Shown here: in pieces, positions 20,983 through 30,373 of the stretch | Numbering within the stretch: the first letter of the stretch is position 1 | How the letters are laid out: each line of letters starts with the position of its first letter | Source: an uncultured Candidatus Rokubacteria bacterium | GTDB taxonomy: Bacteria; Methylomirabilota; Methylomirabilia; Rokubacteriales; DASRDR01 | Length of the DNA stretch: 64,000 nucleotides | Reading direction: 5' to 3' | Assembly (NCBI GenBank): GCA_963708025.1 | Contig: CAVPSB010000014.1 | Span: forward strand, 32,001 to 96,000 | Position numbers and translations under genes: made by a program | Notes under the pieces: generated by a model | The model's input: only the letters and a program-made list of their open reading frames with translations | What the model was told of the DNA's origin: nothing | Databases searched by the model: none

Positions 20983-21050
20983 GGGGTAAAGCGTCGTGCC
21001 CCACCCTCACCCCAACCCTCTCCCTCCCCGAGGGAGGGAGAGGGAGCGGA
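20950..21050. repeat. Two REP-like family B hairpins in opposite orientation
   Basis: TCCCTCTCCCCC-AAA-GGGGGAGAGGGA-GGGTGAGGGG (20950-20986) and CCACCCTCACCCCAACCCTCTCCCTCC..GGAGGGAGAGGGAGCGGA (20999-21050), between convergent genes. Confidence 0.85.
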
Positions 21051-21062
21051 AGGGAAGGGAAG

Positions 21063-22409
21063 CTAGCACGTCGCGTCGGTCTCGAGGCGGGCGATGCTGG
21101 CCGCCACGATGTCGACGAGCTGGTCCACCTCCTGGCGGGTGATGCAGAGGGGCGGGGCCAGGCGGACCACGCTTCCGCGCGCGTACACGATGGCCCCGCG
21201 CTCCCACGCCAGGCGGTCGAGCTGCTCCACGCGGGCGGGGTCGAGCGGCCGGCCGGAGCCGTCCGGCTCGACCAGCTCCACGCACACCAGGAGGCCGCGC
21301 CCCCGCACCTCGCCGACGAGGGGTCGGCCCTTCACCGCGCCCTCGAGGCCGGCGAGGAGCCGCGCGCCCATCGCCTCGGCGTTCTCGACGAGGTTGTCCT
21401 TCTCCATGATCTTGATGTTCGCCAGCGCCGCCGCGCAGGCCACCGGGTGGGCGGCGTAGGTGTTCGGGTGCACGTTCTCGTGCTTCGCGTCGCCGGGGAA
21501 GGCGTCGGCGAGCCGCCCCCGCGCGATGCTGGCCGAGAGCGGAATGTACCCCGACGTGATGCCCTTGGCCACCGACATGAGGTCGGGCACCACGCCCTCG
21601 TGCTCGCAGGCGAACCACCGCCCGGTCCGCCCGAAGCCGGTGATCACCTCGTCGGCGATCATCAGCACGTCCAGCTCGTCGCAGATCGCCCGCACGGCGC
21701 GGAGCCAGCCGAGGGGTGGGATGATGAAGCCGCCCGCGGACAGCACCGGCTCCATGATCACCGCCGACACCGTCTCCGGGCCCTCGCGCACGATCGCCTC
21801 GCGCAGCTCCCGAGCCCGGCGCTGGACCAGCTCCTCGTCGGTGCCGGCGCCCCGGTCACGGAACGGGTAGGGTGGCGCGACCTTCACGAAGCCGGGGACG
21901 GCCAGCGGGGCGTACGCCTCGGCCATCTGGGGCAAGCCACAGACCGCGAAGGTGCCGGCGGTGGCGCCGTGGTAGCCGCCCTGGAGGGAGATCACCTTGT
22001 ACTTGCCGGCCTGGCCCCGGGCGAGCCAGTAGTGCCGGGCGATCTGCATCGAGCGCTCGTTGGCCTCGGAGCCGCTCACCGCGAACATGGTGTAGTCGAG
22101 ATCGCCCGGTGTCAGGGTCGCGAGCTTCGCGGCCAGCTCGGCCGCCGGTGGGTTGGAGAACTGCCGGGTGGTCGGATAGTACGCGAGCCGCACCGTCTGC
22201 TCGGCGATGGCCTCGGCGATCTCGCGACGGCCGTGGCCGACGTTGACGACCGCGAGTCCGGCGAACCCGTCCAGGAGCTTCTTGCCCTGCTGGGTCCACA
22301 CCCACACACCCTCCGCCCGGTCGACGACCAGCTCCTCGTCGGAGAGCCACGGGTGGTCCTGCGTCCGGTGGGTCCAGAGGTGCCGGATCTCCTCGGCCGT
22401 CGTCGTCAT
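21063..22409 (-). CDS. Class III PLP aminotransferase (omega-amino acid/BioA-like)
   Basis: SGSEANE, YHG, DEVITGFGRTG, AKGITSGYIPL. Confidence 0.93.
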   Translation of the reverse strand: MTTTAEEIRHLWTHRTQDHPWLSDEELVVDRAEGVWVWTQQGKKLLDGFAGLAVVNVGHGRREIAEAIAEQTVRLAYYPTTRQFSNPPAAELAAKLATLTPGDLDYTMFAVSGSEANERSMQIARHYWLARGQAGKYKVISLQGGYHGATAGTFAVCGLPQMAEAYAPLAVPGFVKVAPPYPFRDRGAGTDEELVQRRARELREAIVREGPETVSAVIMEPVLSAGGFIIPPLGWLRAVRAICDELDVLMIADEVITGFGRTGRWFACEHEGVVPDLMSVAKGITSGYIPLSASIARGRLADAFPGDAKHENVHPNTYAAHPVACAAALANIKIMEKDNLVENAEAMGARLLAGLEGAVKGRPLVGEVRGRGLLVCVELVEPDGSGRPLDPARVEQLDRLAWERGAIVYARGSVVRLAPPLCITRQEVDQLVDIVAASIARLETDATC

Positions 22410-22437
22410 CGGGTCGGTCCTCCGTAGCGCTTCAGGG

Positions 22438-22936
22438 TCACGGCTCGGAGCGCCGGCGCCCCGGCCGTCGCTCCATGAGCGGCAGCGCGATCGTCAGCGC
22501 CTCGTTCAGCGTCGTCTCCAGGCTGGCTCGTCGCTTCGTGGCCAGCTCGTAGAGGCGCTCGAGCGGCTCGTCCTCCACTCCCGCCGTCCGGTACATCGTG
22601 AACTTGACGCCGAGCGGGCGGCTCCGCCAGCCCCGCCATCGCATCCCCACTCTGCCACGGAACGGCTTGGGTTGGGGCTCCGATGTCGGGGAGACGGACG
22701 CCTCGGCGCCGTCCCCGCGCTTGCTCTCCCAGACCAGGCGCGCCGAGCTCCTCGACCGGCGTGCCGGTGAGGTCGGCGAGCCGGCGCTGCATCGCGACCG
22801 AGGGCAGGACGTTGCCCGCCCGGTAGTGGTACGGCGTGCTCGCGCTCACACCGAGCCGTCGGGCCAGCTCGCGGAGCGTCCAGCCGCGCGAGCGAAGGAC
22901 CGACTCGCACCATTCCTGGAAGGGTGTGCCAGCCAC
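22438..22936 (-). CDS. Xre-family HTH protein with an unknown C-terminal domain (frameshift near 22740)
   Basis: RGWTLRELARRLGVSASTPYHYRAGNVLPS..RLADLTG; continuation in ORF 22438..22650. Confidence 0.7.
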
Positions 22937-22973
22937 GCCGGGAGTGTTGCATGTTGCACAACACTTGACAAGC
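22903..22973. repeat. 71-bp direct repeat copy 1, containing the operator-like GTGTTGCATGTTGCACAACAC
   Basis: 63/71 ungapped identity to 31803-31873, with a 29-bp identical core. Confidence 0.92.
22943..22971 (-). promoter_or_regulatory. Putative leaderless sigma70 promoter of the Xre gene, overlapped by the operator
   Basis: Minus strand TTGTCA-17 bp-AACACT-6 bp-GTG(22936); the -10 box lacks the first consensus T. Confidence 0.45.
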
Positions 22974-23046
22974 CGGGACTCGTCCAGCATGAGGCCTGGG
23001 ACCGCACCCGGTTCCGTGGACTGAGTTGAAAGGTCAGTCATGCTGG

Positions 23047-23622
23047 TTAGGACCTCGTCGAGCTAACGAGGAGGCTTTGCCGGCAGACGCCGGCCGCCCG
23101 CCACCGACGGGCGAAGCTGCGGGGCGAGACACGCGAGTTGGCATATGGAAGGTCGAGAGCACCTCGCCGAACTCCGAAGAGCGGCGAGAAGTGCCCGTCT
23201 CCACCGATCTCGTCGTAGAAGACTATCGGGATGCACTGAGGAGCAAGGTGGTCCAGCAAGAAAGCGAGCGGCACCGCCGGTCGAATGGGAATGCCGAGGC
23301 GACGTGCCGTGGCGTAGAGCTTCCGCTCCAGTGCATTCGGGGCCGGGTCTGGGTCGGTGTGCATGATGACGGTGAGTCCCAGCTCCGACAGCCCAATCGC
23401 CATCCCGATCGTGAACGTGCCGTGCTGCGACGACCAGCGGCAGCGGCGGACAATCTCATCGACGCTGACGCGCCGCCGGAAATGCTTGAGCACACTCCAC
23501 GCGACGAGCGGACCGCAGTTCCCATCCAGGGTCCAGAGCATCCGAGGTCCTGCCTGCGGCCGCGGGTAGCCTGCTGCCCACGCGACACTCCTGCGAGGTA
23601 CCAAGCGGGAAGTGGTTGACAT
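23047..23622 (-). CDS. Papain-fold C39-like cysteine peptidase
   Basis: GNCGP (catalytic Cys), GTFTIGMA, IPIVFY, GHFSPL (catalytic His); GGAGG RBS; lower GC. Confidence 0.65.
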   Translation of the reverse strand: MSTTSRLVPRRSVAWAAGYPRPQAGPRMLWTLDGNCGPLVAWSVLKHFRRRVSVDEIVRRCRWSSQHGTFTIGMAIGLSELGLTVIMHTDPDPAPNALERKLYATARRLGIPIRPAVPLAFLLDHLAPQCIPIVFYDEIGGDGHFSPLFGVRRGALDLPYANSRVSPRSFARRWRAAGVCRQSLLVSSTRS

Positions 23623-23774
23623 GCCAGCGTCACCTCCCGACCTCTTGATCTGGCAAAGCCGGGCCGGATGAAGGTCGGAGTCGGAGTGGCTGGGCGTACT
23701 TGTAGCGTGGCACCTTGCCGTGGTCAAGAGCCCCGGCCCGGGTCGGGCCGATGGGCGTCTGCTATGATCCCGGC

Positions 23775-25811
23775 ATGTTCGTTGTCGGGATCGACGTGGG
23801 GGGGACGTTCACGGACCTCACCGCGGTGGACGCCGCCACCGGCCGGGTCGCCGTCACCAAGATCCCGTCGCGGCCGCGTGACGAGGCCGCCGCGGTGCTG
23901 GGTGGGCTGGACGCCCTCGGGATCGCCGGCCGCGAGGTGCGGCGGCTCGTCCACGGCACCACCGTCGGAACCAACGCCGTCCTCGAGCGCCGGGGCGCCC
24001 GGGTCGCGCTGCTGACGACGGCCGGGTTCCGGGACCTGATCGAGATCGGGCGGACCAAGCGCAACATCCCCGCGCTGTTCGTGCCGACCTTCGTGCGACC
24101 GAAGCCCGTGGTCGAGCGGCGCCACCGCTTCGAGGTCACCGAGCGGCTCGACGCCGACGGCACCGTGCTGGTGCCGCTCGACCGGGGCAGCGTCGAGCGG
24201 GCTCTCGCCGCCGCCTTCGACGCCGGCGCGGAGGCCCTCGCCGTGTGCCTGCTGCACTCCTACCTGGACCCCGCGCACGAGCACGCCGTCGCCGATCTCG
24301 TCAAGGGCCGGCAGCCCGGGGTGCCGGTGTCGTGCTCGGCCGACGTGGTCGCCGAGTACCGGGAGTTCGAGCGCTTCTCGACCACCGTGCTCAACGCCTA
24401 CCTCCAGCCGCTCATGGACCGGTACCTGGCCGGGCTCGAGGAGCGGCTCACCGCCGCCGGCTACGCGCACGGCGTCCTGACCCTGGGCTCGAGTGGCGGG
24501 ATGATGACCACGGACACGGCCCGGCGGCTGCCGATCAAGACCCTCTTCTCGGGCCCGGCCGGCGGCGTGAGCCAGGCGTGCCACGTGGGCGAGGCCACCG
24601 GGGTCCGCGACTTCATCACCTACGACATGGGCGGCACCTCCACCGACGTCTGCCTCGTCCGCGACCTCGCCCCGGTGATGACGTCCGACAGCATGGTGGG
24701 GGCTTTCCCGGTGAAGGTGCCGCAGCTCGACATGCACAGTGTCGGGGCTGGCGGCGGCTCGGTGGCCTGGCTCGACGTGGACGGGAGCCTCCAGGTGGGA
24801 CCGCGGAGCGCCGGCGCCACGCCGGGCCCGGCGGCGTACGGCCTCGGCGGCACCGAGCCCACGGTGACCGACGCCAACGTCGTGCTGGGCCGGATCGGCG
24901 CGAACCGGCGGCTGGGCGGCAGCATCGCGCTCGACCCGGCGCGGGCGCGGGAGGTGGTCGGGGCGCTGGCCGCCACGCTCTCGGGCGGGATGGCGATCGA
25001 GACGCTGGCCGAGGGCATCCTCCGGATCGCGGTGGCCCGCATGACGTCGGCCATCCGCGAGATCTCCATCCAGCGCGGCCACGACCCGCGGGACTTCACC
25101 CTGATCGCCTTCGGTGGCGCCGGCCCGATGCACGCGCTGGCGCTGGCCGGCGAGATCGGCATCCCCCGCGTGCTGGTGCCGCGGCACCCGGGCAACTTCT
25201 CGGCCCTGGGGCTGCTCGCCTCCGACATCAAGCACGACGACGTGCGGACGCGGGTCGGCCCGCTGCGGGAGCGCGTGGCTCTCCTCGCCGACGTCTTCGC
25301 CGGGATGGAGCGGGCGGCCCGGCACCGGCTCGAGGGCGAGGGCTTCGGCGCCGACCAGCAGCGCCTGCTCCGATCGCTCGACCTCCGGTACCGCGGCCAG
25401 GCGTTCGAGCTGAGCGTCCCGGCGCCGGCCGGGGCGCCCCTCGCCACCATCGAGGAGGAGTTTCACCGTCGCCACCTCGGCGCCTACGGCCACGCGAATC
25501 ACGAGGCCGCCATCGAGCTGGTCAACGCGCGGCTGACCGCCTACGGCGTCGTGGCGAAGCCGACCGCCGCGCCGTATCGGAGCGGGACGCGCGCCCTGGC
25601 CGGGGCGCTGGTCGAGCGGCGGCCGGTGTGGTTCGACGGCGTCGCCCACGACTGTGACGTGTGGGAGCGCGAGCGACTGCCCGAGCAGGCCCGGCTCGAG
25701 GGGCCGGCGATCGTCGAGGAGTTCGGCGCGACCACGGTGGTGCCGCCCGGGTGGCGGGGCGCTCTCGACGAGCACGGCAATCTCTGCTTCGATCTGGAGG
25801 ATCCGGCGTGA
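23775..25811 (+). CDS. Hydantoinase/oxoprolinase subunit A
   Basis: GIDVGGTFTD, HGTTVGTN, SGPAGG, DMGGTSTD, GAGGGS, AFGGAGPMHA. Confidence 0.95.
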   Translation: MFVVGIDVGGTFTDLTAVDAATGRVAVTKIPSRPRDEAAAVLGGLDALGIAGREVRRLVHGTTVGTNAVLERRGARVALLTTAGFRDLIEIGRTKRNIPALFVPTFVRPKPVVERRHRFEVTERLDADGTVLVPLDRGSVERALAAAFDAGAEALAVCLLHSYLDPAHEHAVADLVKGRQPGVPVSCSADVVAEYREFERFSTTVLNAYLQPLMDRYLAGLEERLTAAGYAHGVLTLGSSGGMMTTDTARRLPIKTLFSGPAGGVSQACHVGEATGVRDFITYDMGGTSTDVCLVRDLAPVMTSDSMVGAFPVKVPQLDMHSVGAGGGSVAWLDVDGSLQVGPRSAGATPGPAAYGLGGTEPTVTDANVVLGRIGANRRLGGSIALDPARAREVVGALAATLSGGMAIETLAEGILRIAVARMTSAIREISIQRGHDPRDFTLIAFGGAGPMHALALAGEIGIPRVLVPRHPGNFSALGLLASDIKHDDVRTRVGPLRERVALLADVFAGMERAARHRLEGEGFGADQQRLLRSLDLRYRGQAFELSVPAPAGAPLATIEEEFHRRHLGAYGHANHEAAIELVNARLTAYGVVAKPTAAPYRSGTRALAGALVERRPVWFDGVAHDCDVWERERLPEQARLEGPAIVEEFGATTVVPPGWRGALDEHGNLCFDLEDPA

Positions 25812-27859
25812 TCGATCCCATCACGCTGGAGGTGCTGCGCGAGGCGTTCGTGTCGATCGTGCGGGAGATGCGCGTCACCCTGGTGCGCACCGCCTACTCC
25901 TCGATCCTCTACGAGGGCGAGGACTTCTCGTGCGTCTTGATGGACGGGCACGCGCAGATCGTGGCCATGTCCAGGGGGCAGGACCACCCGCTGCACATCG
26001 TGCCCATCGCCTGGTCCATGCGAGCGGTGCGCGAGCGGTTCGGCGACGACATCCACCCCGGGGACATCTTCCTGCACAACGACCCGTACACCGGCGGCAC
26101 CCACCTCAACGACGTGGCGATGATCTACCCGCTCTTCGCGCCCGGGGGCCCGGGCGGCAGCGACGAGCTCTTCGTGTTCCCGGTCGTCCGCGCCCACTGG
26201 GGTGACGTCGGCGGGATGAGCCCCGGGAGCCTCTCCGGGGGGGCCACCGAGATCTTCCAGGAGGGCGTCCGCATCCCGCCCATCCGGATCGTCGACCGCG
26301 GCCGGCCGAACCAGGCCGCGCTCGACCTGCTCTTCGCCAACATGCGGGGCCCGCGCGAGCGCCAGGGCGACTTCCAGGCGATGATCGGCACCTGCCGGAA
26401 GGCGGCCGAGCGCGTCGAGGGGCTGGCCGCCCGCTACGGCTCCGCCACCGTCCGCGCCGCCGTCACCCTGCTGATGGACCGCGCGGAGGCGCGCATGCGG
26501 TCGCAGATCCGGGAGCTGCCGGACGGCGAGTACGTGTACGAGGCCCACCTCGAGAGTGGTCGCGAGCGGCTCGAGCCCTTGACCGTGCGCGCCCGGGTGA
26601 CCGTGGTGAGCGACACCATCACCGTGGACCTGACCGGCACCTCGCCCCAGACCGCCGGCCCGACCAACGTCGGCCCGGCGATGGCCCCCACCGGCGCCTT
26701 CACCGTCATCAAGGCGTTCCTCGACCCCGGTTCCGACGTCAACTCCGGCGCGTTCCGCCCGCTGACCGTCATCACGCCGCTCGGCACCATCGTCAACGCC
26801 AACCCGCCGGCGCCCTGCGGCGGCATGGTCGAGGTGAAGTACTGCGTGGAGTCGGCGGTGATGGGCGCCCTCGCTCAGGCCCTGGACGGCCGGGTGACCG
26901 GCGATCTCAAGGGCGGCGGCAACCATTGCTACGTGGGCGGTCCCCATCCCGCGACCGGCGAGACGTTCATCTTCTACGAGTACCCGGCCGGCGGCACCGG
27001 CGGCTTCGAGGGCGGCGACGGCAGCAACGCCGTCCGAGCGTGGACCGAGAGCGACATGACCACGCTCCAGCCGGTCGAGGCGGTCGAGCAGCGCTACCCG
27101 GTGCGGGTCGAGCGCACCGCGCTCCGGGAGGACTCCGGGGGTCCCGGGCAGTGGCGGGGCGGCCTTGGCCTCGCGCGCGAGGTGCGCGTCCGGGCGGCGG
27201 GCACCCGGCTCTCGGTCCTGGCGGAGAAGGCGGTGCTGCCGCCGTTCGGCGTGCGGGGCGGCGGGCCCGGCGCCCCCAACCGCTTCCGGGTGCGCCGCGG
27301 CGCCCAGCCGATCGAGCCCTCCTCGCTGCCCGGCAAGGTCAGCGGCTTCCCCCTCGAGCCCGGCGACGTCGTCGTCATGGAGAGCTCGGGCGGCGGCGGC
27401 TTCGGGGATGCCCTCGACCGGGACCCCGCGCTCATCGCCGCCGATCTCGCCGAGGGCTACGTGACGCCGGCCGCCGCCGAGGCGGCGTACGGCGCCGTCG
27501 TCACCGGCGGCGCCATCGACGCCAGGGCCACCGCGGCGCGCCGGGCCGCGCTCCGGGCGGCACGGCTGCGGATCCGGCTCAGCGCCGGCCCCGGGCTCGA
27601 GACGGAGCGCGGGCGGGCCATCCGGCTCGACGCCGGGACCGCCGCGCGCCTCGGCGTCGGCGAGGGCGCGGTCGTCGAGCTGGTCAACCTCAGGGGCGCC
27701 CCGCTCCGGGCCTGGGTCACCGTCATCACGCCGGGAAACGGCGGCCGCGCCGAGGTCGCGCCCATCGCCCTCCGCATGCTGGGCATGACCGACGGCGCCG
27801 ACCTCGAGATCCGCGCGGTCCACGGCGGCCTGCTCGGCAGCGGCCCCGGTCCGTCCTGA
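25808..27859 (+). CDS. Hydantoinase/oxoprolinase subunit B with C-terminal extension
   Basis: DPITLEV, NDPYTGGTHLND, HWGDVGG, EIFQEG, DSGGPGQWRGG, GGGGFGD. Confidence 0.95.
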   Translation: MIDPITLEVLREAFVSIVREMRVTLVRTAYSSILYEGEDFSCVLMDGHAQIVAMSRGQDHPLHIVPIAWSMRAVRERFGDDIHPGDIFLHNDPYTGGTHLNDVAMIYPLFAPGGPGGSDELFVFPVVRAHWGDVGGMSPGSLSGGATEIFQEGVRIPPIRIVDRGRPNQAALDLLFANMRGPRERQGDFQAMIGTCRKAAERVEGLAARYGSATVRAAVTLLMDRAEARMRSQIRELPDGEYVYEAHLESGRERLEPLTVRARVTVVSDTITVDLTGTSPQTAGPTNVGPAMAPTGAFTVIKAFLDPGSDVNSGAFRPLTVITPLGTIVNANPPAPCGGMVEVKYCVESAVMGALAQALDGRVTGDLKGGGNHCYVGGPHPATGETFIFYEYPAGGTGGFEGGDGSNAVRAWTESDMTTLQPVEAVEQRYPVRVERTALREDSGGPGQWRGGLGLAREVRVRAAGTRLSVLAEKAVLPPFGVRGGGPGAPNRFRVRRGAQPIEPSSLPGKVSGFPLEPGDVVVMESSGGGGFGDALDRDPALIAADLAEGYVTPAAAEAAYGAVVTGGAIDARATAARRAALRAARLRIRLSAGPGLETERGRAIRLDAGTAARLGVGEGAVVELVNLRGAPLRAWVTVITPGNGGRAEVAPIALRMLGMTDGADLEIRAVHGGLLGSGPGPS

Positions 27860-28044
27860 GCTGCGCCTCGGCGTCCCCGGGTCATGCCGAGGCCCGTATC
27901 CGGGTTTTTCCCGTCACGATTCTCACCTCTGAGGCAGTGAACCCGCTCCACTCCCACGTTTGAGAACGATGGCGGCTCGAGCGCCGCGGCCATCCCGGCC
28001 TGACCCCTGCGTGGCGTAAGACCTTTCGGGGCAACCCGAGAACT

Positions 28045-28060
28045 TGGCACCAGGTTCGCT
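28045..28060 (+). promoter_or_regulatory. Putative sigma54 (-24/-12) promoter
   Basis: TGGCAC-N5-TCGCT upstream of the multicopper oxidase gene; one mismatch to TTGC. Confidence 0.45.
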
Positions 28061-28238
28061 CAGCTTTCACGGGGTGTGCTTGCCTCCGCGTCGTGATCGG
28101 CGAGGCGATTTTGCCCCACCGCCGTGGAGGACGAGTGGATCGGCTGAGCCGCCGAGGTACGAGACCCCCAGGTCGGCCGCCACGGCCCACCCGGTCTTGG
28201 GGCTGTCCGGCCCGGGGTCGGCGGAGAAGGAGAGAACG

Positions 28239-29960
28239 ATGCGAAGGGGACCACGGCGTTTCTCGATGGAACGGCGAGCCTTCCTGAAGCTGGGCGGCGC
28301 GGCCGGAGCGACCCTTGCCCTGGGAGGTGGGGCCCTGTCGCTGCTCCGGGTCGGACGAGCCGAGGGACAGAGCGTCGGCGGAGCCCTGGCCAAGTTCGTC
28401 GACCCGCTCTCCATTCCCAGCGTGATCAGTCCCAGCGGGTTCCCGCACGGGGTCCCGCTCTTCACGGTCACGATGCGACAGTTCACGCAGCGGCTCCATC
28501 GCGACCTGGACCCGACGACTCTGTGGGGCTACAACGGCGTCTACCCCGGCCCCACGTTCGAGGCGCGCCGGGGCCGGCCGATCGCCGTCCAGTGGCGAAA
28601 CGGCTTGCCCGCCACGCACATGCTCCCGCTGGATCCCACGCTGCACGGCGACGAGCCGCCGACGCCGGAGGTGCGCACGGTCGTCCACCTCCACGGCCAC
28701 AAGGTGCTGCCCGACAGCGATGGCTATCCGGAGGCGTGGTTCACGAACGGCTTCGCCCAGACCGGGCCCTTCTTCGAGACCCGGACCTATCACTATCCGA
28801 ACGACCAGCAGGCGACCACGCTGTGGTACCACGACCACGCGCTCGGGATCACGCGCCTGAACCTCTACACGGGGCTCGAGGGCTTCTACCTCCTCCGGGA
28901 CGACGTCGAGGACGATCTCGACCTCCCGAGCGGGCCGTACGAGATCCCGCTGATGATCCAGGACCGGTCGTTCAACGAGGACGGATCGCTCTTCTACCCG
29001 GTACAGGCGCCGGGTGATCCGGACATCCCACCGGTCTGGGTTCCCGAGTTCTTCGGGGACACCGTGCTCGTCAACGGTACCGTGTGGCCATTCCTCGAGG
29101 TCGAGCCGCGGCGCTACCGGTTCCGCATCCTGAACGCCTCGAATGCCCGGTTCTACCACCTCACCCTCAACCAGAGCACGCATGCCGGCGTCAGCCTCGG
29201 CCGGCCCGGGCCGGCGTTCGTGCAGATCGGGACCGATGGGGGCTTCTTGCCGGCGCCGGTGCGGCTGGCCGACCTGACCATCGCCCCCGCCGAGCGCTTC
29301 GACGTGATCATCGACTTCTCGGACGCCGAGGGCCGGTTCTTCGTGCTGAACAACGACGCGAAGGCCCCCTTCCCGGATGGCGACGACGTCGTGCCGCCCG
29401 ACGTGATGCTGTTCAAGGTCACCCGGCGCCTCCGCGGGCGCGACGGCAGCGCGGTGCCCAGGCGCCTCGCCCCCGTTCCTCTGCTGAGCCCCCGGGACGC
29501 CGTCAGGACCCGGGACCTGGTCCTCATCGAGCTGGCGTCGGTCCAGGACAATCCCATCATGGGGCTGATCAACGCGCCGTGGGCCGACCCGGTGACCGAA
29601 GACCCCCGGGAGGGGTCCATCGAGATCTGGCGGCTCATCAACACGACGGGGGACGCCCATCCGATCCACGTCCACCTCGTGGAGTTCCAGATCCTGGACC
29701 GACAGCCGTTCGACGTGGAGCAGTATCCCGGCCGCCTGATGTTCACCGGACCCCGCGTGACCCCACCGGCCAACGAGCGGCCGGCCTTCAAGGACACGGT
29801 GCAGGCGTTCCCGGGCGAGGTCACCCGGATCATCGCCCGGTTCGACCTGCCGACCGGGACGCCGGTCAGGCGGGGCGAGAAGTTCCGTTACGTGCTCCAC
29901 TGTCACATCCTCGAGCACGAGGACAACGACATGATGCGGCCGTACGACGTCGTGGGCTAG
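28239..29960 (+). CDS. Tat-exported three-domain multicopper oxidase (CotA/bilirubin oxidase-like)
   Basis: RRAFLK Tat motif; VHLHG, WYHDH, HPIHVH and HCHILEHEDNDMM copper motifs. Confidence 0.95.
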   Translation: MRRGPRRFSMERRAFLKLGGAAGATLALGGGALSLLRVGRAEGQSVGGALAKFVDPLSIPSVISPSGFPHGVPLFTVTMRQFTQRLHRDLDPTTLWGYNGVYPGPTFEARRGRPIAVQWRNGLPATHMLPLDPTLHGDEPPTPEVRTVVHLHGHKVLPDSDGYPEAWFTNGFAQTGPFFETRTYHYPNDQQATTLWYHDHALGITRLNLYTGLEGFYLLRDDVEDDLDLPSGPYEIPLMIQDRSFNEDGSLFYPVQAPGDPDIPPVWVPEFFGDTVLVNGTVWPFLEVEPRRYRFRILNASNARFYHLTLNQSTHAGVSLGRPGPAFVQIGTDGGFLPAPVRLADLTIAPAERFDVIIDFSDAEGRFFVLNNDAKAPFPDGDDVVPPDVMLFKVTRRLRGRDGSAVPRRLAPVPLLSPRDAVRTRDLVLIELASVQDNPIMGLINAPWADPVTEDPREGSIEIWRLINTTGDAHPIHVHLVEFQILDRQPFDVEQYPGRLMFTGPRVTPPANERPAFKDTVQAFPGEVTRIIARFDLPTGTPVRRGEKFRYVLHCHILEHEDNDMMRPYDVVG

Positions 29961-29965
29961 GCGGG

Positions 29966-30361
29966 ATGGGTGCGCCCTCACCGAACGCCTGGCCCCGCCG
30001 GGTGGTCGGGGCGTGGGGCGCGCTGGCTGCGCTCGCGCTTCTGCTTTCTCAGGACGGCGCGTGGGGGCACGCCTTCCTGAAGCGGTCCGATCCCCGGGCG
30101 GGCGCCACGGTCAGCGGGCCGCCCGCCCAGGTTCGCGTCTGGTTCGATGGCCCGATCGAGCCGGTGTTCAGCACGATCCGCGTCGAGAATCGCGACCGGC
30201 AGCGGGTGGACCGCGGGGACGGTCACGTGAGCCAGGGCGACCCGAGCCTCCTCGAGGTGGGGCTGCCGCCGGTACCGCCGGGACGGTATCGCGTCGTCTG
30301 GAGCGTGGTCGCGCGGGACGGCCACCGGAAGGACGGCGACTTCGCCTTCCGCGTCCAGTGA
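29966..30361 (+). CDS. copC: Copper resistance protein CopC
   Basis: Signal peptide followed by HAFLKRSDP; YRVVWSVVARDGH. Confidence 0.9.
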   Translation: MGAPSPNAWPRRVVGAWGALAALALLLSQDGAWGHAFLKRSDPRAGATVSGPPAQVRVWFDGPIEPVFSTIRVENRDRQRVDRGDGHVSQGDPSLLEVGLPPVPPGRYRVVWSVVARDGHRKDGDFAFRVQ

Positions 30362-30373
30362 CCGGCGCGACCG

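Noticed and set aside
22975-23055. Integron attC site after the C39-like gene
   Set aside because: CTAAC at the stop is suggestive, but no matching GTT core at the far end, no clear L-box geometry, no integrase and no cassette array
27900-28238. Riboswitch upstream of the multicopper oxidase
   Set aside because: Hairpins are present but I recognise no known aptamer consensus
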